A stretch of 64,000 nucleotides of DNA from Paraspadella gotoi (Eukaryota; Animalia; Chaetognatha). Shown here piece by piece: positions 13,601-26,405 of this stretch (the first letter of the stretch is position 1; each line of letters begins with the position of its first letter). The notes under the pieces are model-generated. The model did no database searches and was not told where the DNA came from. It saw nothing but the letters and a program-made list of their open reading frames with translations. The DNA lies in contig CM119266.1 in the NCBI GenBank assembly GCA_051294375.1, forward strand, positions 17,974,087 through 18,038,086. Reading direction: 5' to 3'. A program made the position numbers and the translations under genes.

Positions 13601-16600
13601 CGATGCATTCTTCGCTCCCCTGAGAGTCACCTTCGCCCACTGGCGATCCTCATAAAATCACCTTCAACAATGGTGCATCGTCCTTTCCACTCTTTTGTGG
13701 AGTACACACCGTCAACAGTTCGCACGCTTTTTCTGAAGCACGCTTTGTTACCCACAAGTCTGTCGGGTCAACTCTGAGGCACTGTCGATTGGAGACTGTT
13801 AATCCATCGGCACTGCTGATTCAGCAGTCCTGCTGTTTTGATAGCCTTGTGTTCAGCTAGACTGTCAAGTTATTTGTTTCTTTTCATTTCAATATTTTTC
13901 TCCGTGGATTTCGACCGAGCCTTGTCCTGGAGCCAGATTCTACTGGCGCTTGAGACCTGGTTGGGTTTTTTGGAGTGTACTTGCTCAGTCCAACGCTTCG
14001 ACGTTGTAGAGACTGCAGGCTTCTGCGATTGCCAGTTTAAGATTGCCTGCTTAAGAAGTCGGAGGAGATTAACCCGATCAACCATCACTTCGTGTGGCAC
14101 GACTCCACTGGTCCATTTGCAAGTCCGCCTCTACCAATAGCATAGTGCTTCCCTAATACCCTCATATTCCATACACCATTTTCACTCTAAAGTTTCCGTG
14201 GAACATCCTTGCTAGTCGATTTCGCCCACTTGATATAAATTACCCTCATTCCGTCTCCCCTCCCCCCTCTTTCTAGATACGATCCTCGAACCCGCAAATG
14301 GTTGACCCTCCGCCCGATGAACCGGGCCCGCGCCTTCCTCGCCGTCGCCGTCAAAGACAAGAAGATCTTCGCCATCGGAGGTCAGGGTCGCGGATCGAGA
14401 CCCAAGTCCTCTTGCGAAGTCTACGACTCCGTCTCGGGCGAATGGAGCCCAATGGCGACTCTGCCTCACTACGCCCTACTCGCCTCCGCCTGCACTTACA
14501 GGGACACCGTCTACGTTTCCGGTTTGTTGCCGAGGGGAGGGGGAGTATAGTCGGTTGGTCTGTCAGTCATTTAACGAGAGTTGGTCATTTGATTTGCCAA
14601 GGTGGTCATCCGGACGCGGGAATTCTCAAGCTGACCGATGACAACACTTGGGAGACGATAACCAATCTTCCAGAGGCGAGATATCGACACACGATGATTG
14701 GAGCCGGGAGTTCGCTCTACATCATCGGTAATCGAAAAACTATTTCTCCCTCTCTCTCGCTTTCTTTCTTTGTCACACTCTTAAACTTTTTCTCCCATCC
14801 GCAGGAGGTCGCTCCATCAAGCACGTGGGCGGGCGACGCCAATACCCGGTCCCGAGCGCCATAGTCGCCTACAATCTGGACACGGCGGCCTGGTCCTCTT
14901 TCAGTCTGCAACAGGGTCCCTCTCTCCCACTAGACCCAGGCTCGGGCCTACCCCCTTTCGATCAGGCCAACGGGGCAAATCGGCCCAACCTCTTCTCGCA
15001 TCCGCTGCTGAAGGCTTTTAACGTCAAGAACAGGTTGGACTTTTCGGTCTAAATTTAAACCACTTAACTTGCAATGGGTCTGTTCTTGTGTAAATTGCTA
15101 CTAATTTGTAAATATGGTGCGAATTATTTTATTTTTAATTTTCAACTTAGACTCAAGGAAATTAAACTTTAAAAAAATTTAAAAAACGTAATTCTCACCT
15201 GTTTTTCCAGCCTCTATGTGGTGACGAAAGACTCGATCTATCGATCCTCGGGATTCCCCTCCGCCGCAGGTCTCAGCAAATGGAAGTTCGTCGCCTCAAA
15301 TCCTCAGACTTTCACGGCCGACATGGCTTTCTGTCTAGTCCCTTTGCCGACCACCTCCTTCGTGGTTCGTAGCTTAATTCTTTTATAAATAGAAAGAATT
15401 AAAAGATTGAAAAGTATTTCATTATGTTACATCAATTAATTAATTAATTAATATTAATTTTTTTATTCGTGTCAAAATTATTTTCCACTTTATCTCGCCT
15501 CTCATTCAAAAAACAATCTCGATCACAAAATTAATTAATTACAAATAATTAATAATTAATTAATTACTTATTAATAATTAATTAATACAGCTTGAATTTA
15601 CATTTAATATAAAAATTAAAAAAGCATAATCAAATAGTGAAATAGATTTGTTTTTTCAATTTTAACTCGTTTCCACTTGGACGATTCCATCGAAACTTTA
15701 TTTCCTGCTTTATTTTCACATACTTTCCTACCCACATTGAAAATTTCAAGTCAATCGCCCAATTCACTCATGAGTAATTGGCGTTCAAATAGTGAAATAT
15801 ATTTTTTTTTGTTTTTCCCATTTTAACTCATTTCCACTCATCCATCAAATCACGAGTAATTGGTGTTTTTTGCTAAGTAAGGTGGGACGGACAGACGGAC
15901 GGACATCATTTCTTTTGCATAATTTATCATAATTCGATGTTCTGATATGATTTAAGTGAATGCCCGACAAGATTGGGGGGGCGGACCGACTAAGTGAATT
16001 ATAGTGAATTATAGAAATATAAAGAAGGAATCTGCTGTAAGCAGATCCGGCTTTAAAAAAAAAATCAAAATTTTTTCGGGATAAATTTTTATGTCATCGT
16101 CGGTGGTAAAAAGACTACAACAGAGTAAAAATTGACGAAAATTTGACTAAGGTTGTGGGGGAAAGCGGGGGAGATTATTCTCCAGTTCTTTGTATACGAT
16201 TTTTCTCTATTGCAAGATAATATGGTCTAATTCCAAAAGTACTTATGATTTTACAACTAAACGTGATAAGCGTTGAGTAAAAGTTATGCATGTCACTCAT
16301 TTAGTACTCACCCACTCTGAGGGAATTTCCTTTCCTCTCCAGGAGAATGCCAACGCTGCCTCTTCCGGCTCAAACTCGACGCCTACCTCTCTGTTCGGGG
16401 CGGCGGCGGCTCTCGTCTTCGGCCCCAATGGCCGCGTCCCTGGTGGGGTCAGGCAGCACCTCCGCAACCAAGTCGGCAACGAGGGTGAGTTAATGGCGGC
16501 GATGTGACGGAGAAGGAGGATCGTCAATCTCTTTCGCTCGGATTTTCACGCAGGTCATCGACGGGGCAACGCACGAGGACCTGATGGACACGACGAAGAG

Positions 16601-16633
16601 ATCTTCATCAACTGGGAAGTCCTGGAGGGATGA
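7671..16633 (+). CDS. Kelch-like BTB-BACK-Kelch protein (Cul3 adaptor type) with long disordered N-terminus, about 18 exons
   Basis: Phase-consistent exons 7671-7875, 7972-8203, 8323-8591, 9076-9264, 9338-9775, 9886-10087, 10480-10657, 11021-11183, 11952-12081, 12465-12672, 12762-12890, 12962-13083, 14277-14521, 14602-14727, 14805-15033, 15211-15364, 16343-16484, 16554-16633. BTB ([31 protein letters not shown]), BACK (LDNCVDVL..VRFPLM) and Kelch repeats (IFAIGG..CEVYD..W). Confidence 0.9.
8615..8990. mobile_element. Possible solo LTR in a Kelch intron
   Basis: Segment bounded by TGTTA...TAACA with composition unlike the surrounding intron; no clear target-site duplication. Confidence 0.35.
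9776..9837 (+). repeat. (GTTC)n microsatellite starting at a 5' splice site
   Basis: About 15 GTTC units begin exactly at the inferred donor GCTG|GTTCGT. Confidence 0.9.
11700..11885. repeat. Dispersed ~185-bp repeat (SINE/MITE-like)
   Basis: Near-identical copy at 27545-27725 (gagactgtgagagagtcttgattgaaa...ccaccaaagcctgtcc); diverged inverted copy near 32100-32215. Confidence 0.75.
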
Positions 16634-17145
16634 GAGGGGTGGAGAGGGGCAAGAAGGAGAAATAGTGGGATATGGGATAATGAGGCGGGGAAACTCTCCT
16701 AGTCAAGTACTCATCATCAGTTCGGGGTTATGGGGAGGGGGGAATATATTTCGATTGTAGAGCGTATAGTTTAAGTGATATAAGTATGTATTGATCATTA
16801 ATTTTTCCTCGGAATTCATTTTTAATCCGGAATTTTTTTTTTGTCTGTTATTTAAATTGCTTAATAAAAGTATGTATTTCTCGTTGCTAAGATGACTTGA
16901 TAAACTATTTCGCGAGTTGTTTAATACATATTTGTTTTGTCATTATGGAGTGGCTCATAACTGACAAATTATCAGTTAGATTGTTAGGAAAACTTAGAAA
17001 TTAATTTCTAAAGTACTGAAATTCGTTTGCTTGTTAGTTTTTTTTTCTTCGCAGATCAAGAAAATTGAAATTTTAAGCCAATGGTAATTTAAAAAAATAA
17101 AGGCAAGTTAGTTTGAGCTTCCACATTCAAGAGTCAATCTCCACG

Positions 17146-18693
17146 ATGCTTCGATGTGGTCGAGACGGTGACTACACCTACTTTATAAAATACGATGGCA
17201 GCATTGACGTTAACCCGACCGAATATTATGTTCCTGGAAAAGTAGTCGAATCGAGCCCCATCTATTTCACCGCTAAAGGCGTCTCTAAGTCCGATGTCGT
17301 TGAGAAAGTCCAGCCAGCCTCAGTCAGCACTCTCTCGCTCCGGACCCATGGGTATCACGAAGAATACTACCAACCAACCCTATATAACGTGCCGATCGTC
17401 GATACGTATGTCGGACCTCAGAACATCAATCACATGAGCAAATTCTATTCCGTTAACAACCTCCCACTTGTTGGTAACGTCAATCCCATTAACAACATCC
17501 AACTCACCAACAACGTCAATCCCTTTAGCTACGTCCAACACGTCAGCAACGGCAATCCCGGTAGCAACAGCCAATTTGTGAGCAACGTCAATCCCATTAA
17601 CAACTTCCAAATTTTTGGCGACATCTGTCCTGTTAACAACATCCAACCTGTTGGCAATGTCAATCCCGTTAACAACATTCAAAGCGGCAACGTGAAACTC
17701 TTCGAAGAGATCACCAACTGTGTTAGCAATCGTATCCATCCCCTGAAGGTGATCCCTGATCCCTACATCCCCGTTATTCCTCGACGAATTCATATCTCTC
17801 CGCTGCATCCTTCCACAGTCTTCGTCGTCAACAAAAATAAATTTGGGGGCATCAGGACGCCCGTACTCAAAGGCGTTATCTTTCCAAAACTGACATACGA
17901 TGAAATCGTCTTTAAATTATCCCCAATCTTCGTTGACTTTCTCTCCTACTTTTCCTACGAGGTTCGTCGTTTATTTGTTCTCCTGCCGCGCTTCGTCCAG
18001 AAAGCCCTGGTCGAGCACTACTCCGTGGCCAAGATCTCCCAATTCCCTCACGTCGCCTTCGTCTTTTTTGAGATGTGTGTTCGTGCGGGAAAGTTTACAA
18101 TCTCCGAGGTCAATCCATCCTTGGAGATCCTTATCTGCCAGGCGATCCTGCAAGCTCGCGAAGAGGGATTGCTAAAAATTTTCCCGGCACAACCCATCTT
18201 GCCTCAAGGACTCGCTAACGGGCCCGATTGCGGGGCCGAGGAGGTGCTGGCCGCAGTGCCGTTAATTTATCGTGTGTTGAATCCGAGTGTGACTTTCGAT
18301 TCGTCTATGATGAATGGTTCGATTCAGGAGGGGACACCATCAATGTCCATTACTCCAGCAATGTCACATACCCTAGCAGCTCAAGCCGAGAAGAATCCTG
18401 AGGCGCTATGGGCTACTGTGATGGCGAGGAAGGGGCCAGAGTCCGAACCACATTGGAATTTGCTTGTAGAGGCGGTGGAGCGAATGAGTATAGCGACAGC
18501 CTACGCGGTCATGAATTCCTTCGTGGCTTCCTCCGATACCTCTGTCCTTTCTCAGGTGGGGGAGGCTCTCGTTAGCTCCGTCTCAGTACCAAACAATGGG
18601 AGTATCAACCCGGTCATGAACGACCACATTATGCAGGATATTTTCTGGGATGTGATGAACGCTAAACCCGACAAAACCGGTGCTGGGGTGTGA
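17146..18693 (+). CDS. Intronless unknown protein (~515 aa) with 12-aa Asn/Val/Pro repeats
   Basis: Long ORF with coding-like composition; ATG at 17146 downstream of polypyrimidine-CAG at 17052-17054; repeats of the type VGNVNPINNIQx. No family recognised. Confidence 0.75.
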   Translation: MLRCGRDGDYTYFIKYDGSIDVNPTEYYVPGKVVESSPIYFTAKGVSKSDVVEKVQPASVSTLSLRTHGYHEEYYQPTLYNVPIVDTYVGPQNINHMSKFYSVNNLPLVGNVNPINNIQLTNNVNPFSYVQHVSNGNPGSNSQFVSNVNPINNFQIFGDICPVNNIQPVGNVNPVNNIQSGNVKLFEEITNCVSNRIHPLKVIPDPYIPVIPRRIHISPLHPSTVFVVNKNKFGGIRTPVLKGVIFPKLTYDEIVFKLSPIFVDFLSYFSYEVRRLFVLLPRFVQKALVEHYSVAKISQFPHVAFVFFEMCVRAGKFTISEVNPSLEILICQAILQAREEGLLKIFPAQPILPQGLANGPDCGAEEVLAAVPLIYRVLNPSVTFDSSMMNGSIQEGTPSMSITPAMSHTLAAQAEKNPEALWATVMARKGPESEPHWNLLVEAVERMSIATAYAVMNSFVASSDTSVLSQVGEALVSSVSVPNNGSINPVMNDHIMQDIFWDVMNAKPDKTGAGV

Positions 18694-20158
18694 GGACTGA
18701 GGAGTTGGTTGGGGGGACGGGTTTTTATACATTGCTAGCAATGCTATTTCACTGATATATTTTGTAATGAAAGATTTACAAAGCAGCACAGATTCGGATG
18801 TGCAGGTACTTTAGTCCGAGTATCTCAGACATATATTTAATTTTAATCGTAGTTGACTTTTTATCTTTTTAGAATTTTATTAACGTTGACATTTTTATGA
18901 ATTTTCCCCTTTTTTGACATTAATCATGTGTTCATGTTAATTCGTCTTTTATAACGTCAAATCCCACTTATGATATTTTAGTAATTATTGTTGTAATGTT
19001 CTTCCTTGCCCAGCAACGATTTTTTTCCTATTTTAATCTGTTGTAGTCAACCTGTACTGTAGTTCCTCATTCATTCAGATTATTGAAGACAAAAACTGGA
19101 ATAATTAAAGCCATAAAATAGTACGTTTTGAACTCAAATAAAGAATCTATTAGTATTACCGCTCATCTGCGTTTAAAAATAGAAATCGCCAAAGTTACAA
19201 AAAAGATCGGACGCGAAAGCTGAGAAACCATTTTAATTAGTCGAGAACCGATAAATAAATTAAAGGAAAAATAATAATCAAATTATTTATTAGTGACTCA
19301 TTCGACAATAGTTTGTACTTGAATTGTTTATTCTCATACTAAGAGAAGACGAGCATTTTATTTCACCCGTTCATAAGAGTCTATCATGAGTTCCATATGA
19401 TTGAAGAAAAAGACGATGAATATTTGTAAAGGCTTTTAATCTTTATTAATTATATGTGTCCCGTTTGAAAACTCCGTTCTTGAAGCAAAGTAAAAACTGG
19501 TTCACAGTCTCTCTAATGCGGTCCAAGTGTTGAAACGCTCGTAAAAGGTCAATTAAACGTGTTATGAAACGAGGGGAGAGAGAGTGAAAAAGAGAAACAA
19601 GGCAACAGATTTCACAATACTTTCACAGTAGTTCTCATAGGTAATGTAGCAGAATAATTTGTGGATTATTTTAAATGAGATTATTTATTTTTATTTTTTA
19701 TTATTTATTTATTAAATGGGTTACTTTACTATTCGACGTCCGCAACCAACCTTAGCTACCAACGGTCGGTGGTTTGTTAATCCATTATTGTGGAATTCCT
19801 ATAAACTTATTTATGCCTCATCTCAATAGTTCGTAGCCGTAAGCATCCAAATATATCATAACCTCGTTTATTGACATAATTGACATAGGACATGATAGAC
19901 ACTGGTATCATTTGTAACACAGGCGATGACATAATAGAATTAGAAGAAGGTAGAGGGATAGAAGGGTAGTAGAAGTAGAAGAAGCTTAACTGGCTTATAG
20001 AATCCAAAGAGACAAAATTCCATCTTTAAAAAGGCATAAAATATTAGCAATGTTTTACAAGAGTTTTTCCAGACATGAGACTAAATTGTTACTGACTAAA
20101 AAACAAAACTAGGCAGTTAGAAACATCTGAGTTATTCTATGATTCAGTCACGGAGACT

Positions 20159-21002
20159 NNNNNNNNNNNNNNNNNNNNNNNNNNNNNNNNNNNNNNNNNN
20201 NNNNNNNNNNNNNNNNNNNNNNNNNNNNNNNNNNNNNNNNNNNNNNNNNNNNNNNNNNNNNNNNNNNNNNNNNNNNNNNNNNNNNNNNNNNNNNNNNNNN
20301 NNNNNNNNNNNNNNNNNNNNNNNNNNNNNNNNNNNNNNNNNNNNNNNNNNNNNNNNNNNNNNNNNNNNNNNNNNNNNNNNNNNNNNNNNNNNNNNNNNNN
20401 NNNNNNNNNNNNNNNNNNNNNNNNNNNNNNNNNNNNNNNNNNNNNNNNNNNNNNNNNNNNNNNNNNNNNNNNNNNNNNNNNNNNNNNNNNNNNNNNNNNN
20501 NNNNNNNNNNNNNNNNNNNNNNNNNNNNNNNNNNNNNNNNNNNNNNNNNNNNNNNNNNNNNNNNNNNNNNNNNNNNNNNNNNNNNNNNNNNNNNNNNNNN
20601 NNNNNNNNNNNNNNNNNNNNNNNNNNNNNNNNNNNNNNNNNNNNNNNNNNNNNNNNNNNNNNNNNNNNNNNNNNNNNNNNNNNNNNNNNNNNNNNNNNNN
20701 NNNNNNNNNNNNNNNNNNNNNNNNNNNNNNNNNNNNNNNNNNNNNNNNNNNNNNNNNNNNNNNNNNNNNNNNNNNNNNNNNNNNNNNNNNNNNNNNNNNN
20801 NNNNNNNNNNNNNNNNNNNNNNNNNNNNNNNNNNNNNNNNNNNNNNNNNNNNNNNNNNNNNNNNNNNNNNNNNNNNNNNNNNNNNNNNNNNNNNNNNNNN
20901 NNNNNNNNNNNNNNNNNNNNNNNNNNNNNNNNNNNNNNNNNNNNNNNNNNNNNNNNNNNNNNNNNNNNNNNNNNNNNNNNNNNNNNNNNNNNNNNNNNNN
21001 NN
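20159..21002. other. Assembly gap
   Basis: Run of N. Confidence 1.
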
Positions 21003-21194
21003 ATTGCTGTTTCAGCATGTCGTTTCCCCTCCTGTCCAGTTTGTGTAGACCTCTTCCCTCTCCCGCTTTACCTTCCCTCACCCCTCCCTTTCCCCCTCCC
21101 GCTCCCTGCTCTGATAGCTCTCTGCTACCCGCGGATTGCTCTCCTCAATTATCTAAAGCTCTCCTTGTCACTTCCCGCGCTCCTCCCTCCAGGC

Positions 21195-21710
21195 CCCTCC
21201 CTCCCTGTCCCCTCCCAGGTTGTTCATCCCCCTCCTGACTCCCCCTCTTTGTCTCCTTTCTTTCGACGTCCCCTCTTGCCACCCCAGGTTGGTTGTCCCC
21301 CACCTGTCTCCCCCTCTTGTCTCTTTCTTTTTGCGCCCCTCTTCCCCCCAGGTTGGTTGTCCCCCACTGGGCTCCCCCTCTTCATCTTCTTCCTTTCGAC
21401 ATCCCCTCTTGCCCTCAGGTTGGTTGTCCCCACACCTGACTTCCCCTTTTTTCATCTCTTTCCCTTCCCCTTACTACCCCAGGTTGGTTGTCCCCACTCC
21501 CTGATTCCCTCTCTTCGTCTCCTTCTTTTCAGCGTCCCCTCTTGCCACCCCAGGTTGGTTGTCCCCCTCCTGGCTCCCCCTCTTCATCTCCTTCTTTTTG
21601 ATATCCCCTCTTGCCACCCCAGGTTGGTTGTCCCTCACCTGACTTCCCTTTTCATCTCTTTCCTTCCGTTCTCCCCTCCATCTTGCCACCCCGGGTTGGT
21701 TGTCCTCTAC
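21195..21710. repeat. Pyrimidine-rich tandem repeat (~64-72-bp unit) with conserved CCCCAGGTTGGTTGTCCCC core
   Basis: Core recurs near 21282, 21346, 21413, 21477, 21548, 21617 and 21689; the minus strand reads DNQPGVARGD-type peptide repeats. Confidence 0.85.
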
Positions 21711-22306
21711 CTGTTTCCCTTCCCTCTCCATCTGGCACACCGTCTCCTCCGCACCATAGTTCTCTCGTGGTTTCTCCATTTTATGCGGTGTATCTAAACA
21801 CTTTAGGATAATACCTCCCGAAGGGGTTTGTCCCCGCTGCTTTTTCAGGTCTGGATTGAGTTTTGGGTGGTTTAAGGTACGGGTGATTGTTTAGGGGGGT
21901 CCCCTTATATGGCTGTGTAGGGGTTAGGTCGTCCTGGGTCTCTCGGCCCCGACTCTAACTCTACGGCTTCCCGCGGGGTGCTGCAGGCTGAATAAGGTAA
22001 CTATTAAAGTCTATACAAAAAGATATGTCTCTTTAAAACATAAGAAAATAACTATAAATAATTCTACAATTATATTTCGTTTTCCCTCTTGTGTCGAGTC
22101 TCAGTTTGCGCATTAATACATAATTTTTTTTGCGTAGTAATATAAATTTTTGTTAAGTTTTATAGAGACATTGTGATAAAGATGTCACGCCTCGTCTCTC
22201 TTTTTAAGGTCGTTTGGCCAATTCTAAGGTCTGTTTTTCGGTCCCTCAAAAAATCGTTGTTGAAATCAATTTCAAACTTTTCTAGTTTTATAAAAAAAAC
22301 ATATTT

Positions 22307-22345
22307 CGGATATGTTTGGGCTTCCATGTAAGTCTTCATCAGCGC
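22307..22345 (-). ncRNA. Degenerate minimal type I hammerhead ribozyme
   Basis: Minus strand gcg-CTGATGA-a-gactt-acatgg-aagcc-CAAA-catat-c-cg; the flank gcgcaaaaacgaattga is shared with the 4090 copy. Confidence 0.6.
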
Positions 22346-23393
22346 AAAAACGAATTGACTTGTGAAAAAATATTTTCACAGACTCTCTCTTCAAATTTAA
22401 AAATCTGTAAAAACATTTGTTTTACAAATCAAGAGGTTTTTGCGCCCATAACGGGTCGATGGGCGGCTGCAGCCCAAATGGGCAGCTTAAAGAGTCTCGG
22501 CGTTGCTCGTATGCCACAGGACTCGGGCCGAAGGGCGTCAACAGTTTCACTAGCCCAGAGTCACTACACTAATAATATATCAAGAGAGTAACACAATAGA
22601 TCAGTAGCCACAGCATAGTGAGCACAATCCCGGTCGGCGAATGTTTCACCCTGTTATCGTAATTGTAAACTCAAACTAAATGATAATTTCAAAAAATTTA
22701 ATAAATGGAATAGTCTGATGGAGACGGAATCGTGAAGAGGAATCTCCAAAGACTCTGAACTTTCCGACATGTGATATTCATATTTATATTCATTGATATT
22801 CACTGTTCATTCATTACTTGTTCCCTTTCAGTTCTGTGAGCATCGCCCACAACAATCACCCTCTAACAAGTCAAACAAATATACGAACAAAAAACGTATT
22901 CTTTTTGTTTATATAACTTTTTAAGAATCTTTTAACAGAGGGCTTCTGTCGGGAAATCGACCTTCTGCTCACTTGTTAACTGGAAGGAAAACAAAATCAT
23001 CATCATCTGGACCGGTGCCTTCCCCTTACTAAGTGATGACGATGACCACGACGATGATGATGATATTAGCTTAAAATCAGTTCGACCCAGTCTTATTTTT
23101 AATTTAAATGTTCACCAATGACCATACAATCGCTTAACATCCAATTCACCAGAATTTGTAAAATTGTTGTTTTTCTTTTTTCCTTTCAGAAAAAAACAAA
23201 ACAAAAAACCCGTCTTCCTCTTTCACGGTTGTCTTGGCAACGGCGCTTCGAGTTTTCTCGTGTCTGACAAGTCACGTTTTCTTCAAATTGAATTAACTAA
23301 CTTATTTTGGTAATTTCTCCTTCGTTTCTTTTCTTTGCCTAACTACATGACTTCTTTCCTCTACCCGAACGCTCGATCTCTTTGCCCTACGAG

Positions 23394-25565
23394 ATGACTT
23401 CGACGATCGACTTGTATTTCCGCGCCACCATCGACGTCTTCTGTTACGACGACGCCGATTTCGCGCGTGAATCCGAGGTGTGGCTCTGGCGCTTTTGCGA
23501 AGACGGCGCCGCCGACCGGCTCGATTTCGATGCGGCGCTGCTCGAACTAAGTCTCGTTTCGTTGCTCTGCCTTCGTTCATACGGGGGCGGCGGCGTCGTC
23601 GGCGCACTTTTCGATTTCTCTCGATTGGGCGCCGCTTTGATCGGGATTCTGGAACGCTGGTCGAAAGGGGAGTTGATGAGAAGGCCTCTCGTTCCTTACG
23701 ACGACAACGATAATATGGACGACGACAATAATATGGACGACGACAGCGAACAATCTTCTCTTCGCCGTCAACTCGTTCGTCATTCCGTCATTAATTCTCT
23801 CTCCCTTCTCACCCTCGTTCGTGCCAAGACTCTCCAAGCACCGACGCCTTCAGCACCACCCCGGATTCTTCCTGCGCCATCAGCATCGCCCCCGATTCTT
23901 CCGGCGCCGTCAGCACCGCCCCCGATTCTTCCAGCGCCGTCAGCACCGCCCCCGATTCTTCCGGCGCTGTCAGCACCGCCCCCGAATCTTCCGGCGCCGT
24001 CAGCACCATCCCCGATTCTTGCGGCGCCATCAGCACCGCCCCCGATTCTTCCGGCGCCGTCAGCACCGCCCCCGATTCTTCCGGCGTCGTCAGCACCGTC
24101 CCCGATTCTTCCGGCGCCATCAGCACCGCCCCCGATTCTTCCGGCGCCGTCGGTTGGAACGGCGTCATTGTGGATCGAATACTTGAACTCCGTTTGGGCG
24201 ACGACGAAACGACGACATCTCTCGGGATCTTTCGTCGCGGCGCAGTTAAGATGCTTCGTGGCAGAGAACTTCGTCGCTCTTAAGTCGAGACTCGACGCCG
24301 ACGGATTCGTCGCAAGAGTCTTGTCGGATTCTTGGACGAGGATATTATATCTTAAACTCTGGCGTCGAACGATCAAAGTTAGTAGGAGAGAGAGAAGGAT
24401 GTGATTTCGCGTGAAAGTGAAAGTGAAAGTTTGTATATAGGGAAAGTAACAATTCTATCATTGTCCAAATTGAATAACATAAGGTATAAAGATAAACTAA
24501 TACCTTGTTAATTCTTCCCTTTCCTTTGGAATTAAAAAGAATTCCGTCGCTTCGAGGCCGATTGCCGATCCTAAAACCGCCCACAACGACAACAACAACC
24601 CCTCGTCTCTCCTCTCATCGTCTACGGATTACGAGACGACGCGCTCCATCTTGAAACTACTTCGATCTTGGGTCGCGTCAGTCGGCGGAGACGTCTCTGG
24701 CAGTATCTCCCATTTGTCGGTCGCTTTGGCCGACTTGACCGCAGCGTCGGCTAAAATATCGGCGATTCCCTTCGGATTCGCCGGAAATCGTGGACGAAAA
24801 TCGGCGGACGCGTCGCCATTGAAACGACTTTTCGTTTTGACCGGGATCGAGATTGCGGCGGCGATTGGCGACGGTCACGGGGGCGAAAGGCGCGAAAGTC
24901 ACGATCTTGGCCGCCATTTCGTCGAAACCTATCTCTCATCGTTGCTTGATCTCGTCGCGCCTTTTCCTTCCCATGAATGCGATTTCAAAAACCAACGAGA
25001 AACGGCGACGGTCCTGGTCCGAGAATTCTCCGAAAATGACGCCGATCTCATTTTCCTCTTTCGGTCGGCGCTTAATTATGCCCGATGCGGCGCCGCCAGG
25101 AACGGCGTCGCAATTCCCAGCGTCCACTCTCGCCTCGACCCATCCGTTCTCTTTTCTGAATTTTTCCTAAGCGTCAACTTCGACTGTAATCTTCTTCTTG
25201 ATTGGACAATCTCCTACGAGACGCAGTTCTCCCATTGGTTGGCGGACTGGCTCGAATGGATCGTCGATTCGGGACCCCATGATAGCTTCGATCACTTGGA
25301 CGCTGTTTTCCGCGGCGCCGAGAGAAACGTCGCCGTAGGTGACGCTTGTATTAGCGGCGCCGATTTGGTCCTGGAAACGACGCCAGATCGAGTCTTTTCC
25401 AGTATCGGACTTCTCGGTCTCAAATTGGAAGGCTGTCTCGAGCGACGAGCTATTCCGGAAGGGAGAGGCTTTGCGGAGATTTTGAGGAAGATCGAACGAG
25501 TGGAGGTTTCGTACGAAGAGTGGAAGGGCAAGTTTTTCGTGGACATGAATAAATCAACTGAGTGA
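23394..25565 (+). CDS. LINS1: Protein Lines homolog; exons 23394-24377 and 24540-25565
   Basis: C-terminal FSEFFLSVNFDCNLLLDWTISYETQFSHWL and ENDADLIFL resemble the Lines_C region (FDHSVLLDFLIS.ET.FL; EQDDDL); phase-0 GT-AG intron. Confidence 0.8.
23841..24151 (+). repeat. 30-bp coding minisatellite (PAPSAPPPIL x ~10) within Lines
   Basis: Tandem cagcaccgcccccgattcttccggcgccgt units, in frame. Confidence 0.95.
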
Positions 25566-26405
25566 GAAATTGCTATTGCGAAAAATTGCTTGCTTGTTCC
25601 CCATCTACTATTGCGTCCAAAGTTGGCATTTGGATCCAACTAAGAAAAGGAACGAAAAAAGAGAAAGACTTGACGTAACAATGGTCACTATACAGTACAT
25701 AATGTCAATGATATAACACCGAACTGTATTGTTTGTAAACAAATATCGATTGTTTATATTTTCTAACACTTTTACAAAAGGCAAATAAGATCGACGGATT
25801 ACGACGAGAGTTTATGTCCAACAAACATACCATCAGTTAACATTCATTTATAAAAAAATTAGTTTTATGTTTTTTTAATTTTCGCAGTAGGCTATATTTA
25901 TTTATAGTACTATTCTTATAATATCGTAAAATTTCAAAATAGGCTTTTCTTAATTTTGATGGCAGATTTGAATTCTTCGTCAAAAGTTGATACAAGAAAA
26001 TATATATCATTTTTAAAAATTCTTTCATTAAGTGGGTTAAAAATTAAAAAAAATATATTTAACATACAAAAATTTTATTTGTAGTTTAAAATAATAGTTT
26101 TTCTGATTTTTGACCTTCTTTCTTTTTATCAACTTTTTATGACGAATTTAAATCTATAAAAAAATCTGTCAAAAAACCATTTTAAATTTTTAACATTTAT
26201 AGGGTTAGTACTAGGTATAAATATAGCCTACTACGTAAATTGCAAAGTTTATAAAATAATTTTGTTATACATTAATGTTCATTAGTTCAAGGTTGGTTAT
26301 TCCTCACTTTTAGAATTTTCATTAAAGTTAAATTTAGAATTTTTACTACGCTTTACTGTACAGACAAATCATATCCATGGCTTTGAAAATGCTGAGTCTA
26401 CAATA

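Noticed and set aside
21195-21710. CRISPR-like array (constant 19-nt core with variable spacers)
   Set aside because: Spacers are homologous CT-rich sequence, the context is eukaryotic and there are no cas genes; it is a degenerate tandem repeat.
20137-21797. Long ORFs of 314 and 552 aa
   Set aside because: They run through the N gap and low-complexity sequence.
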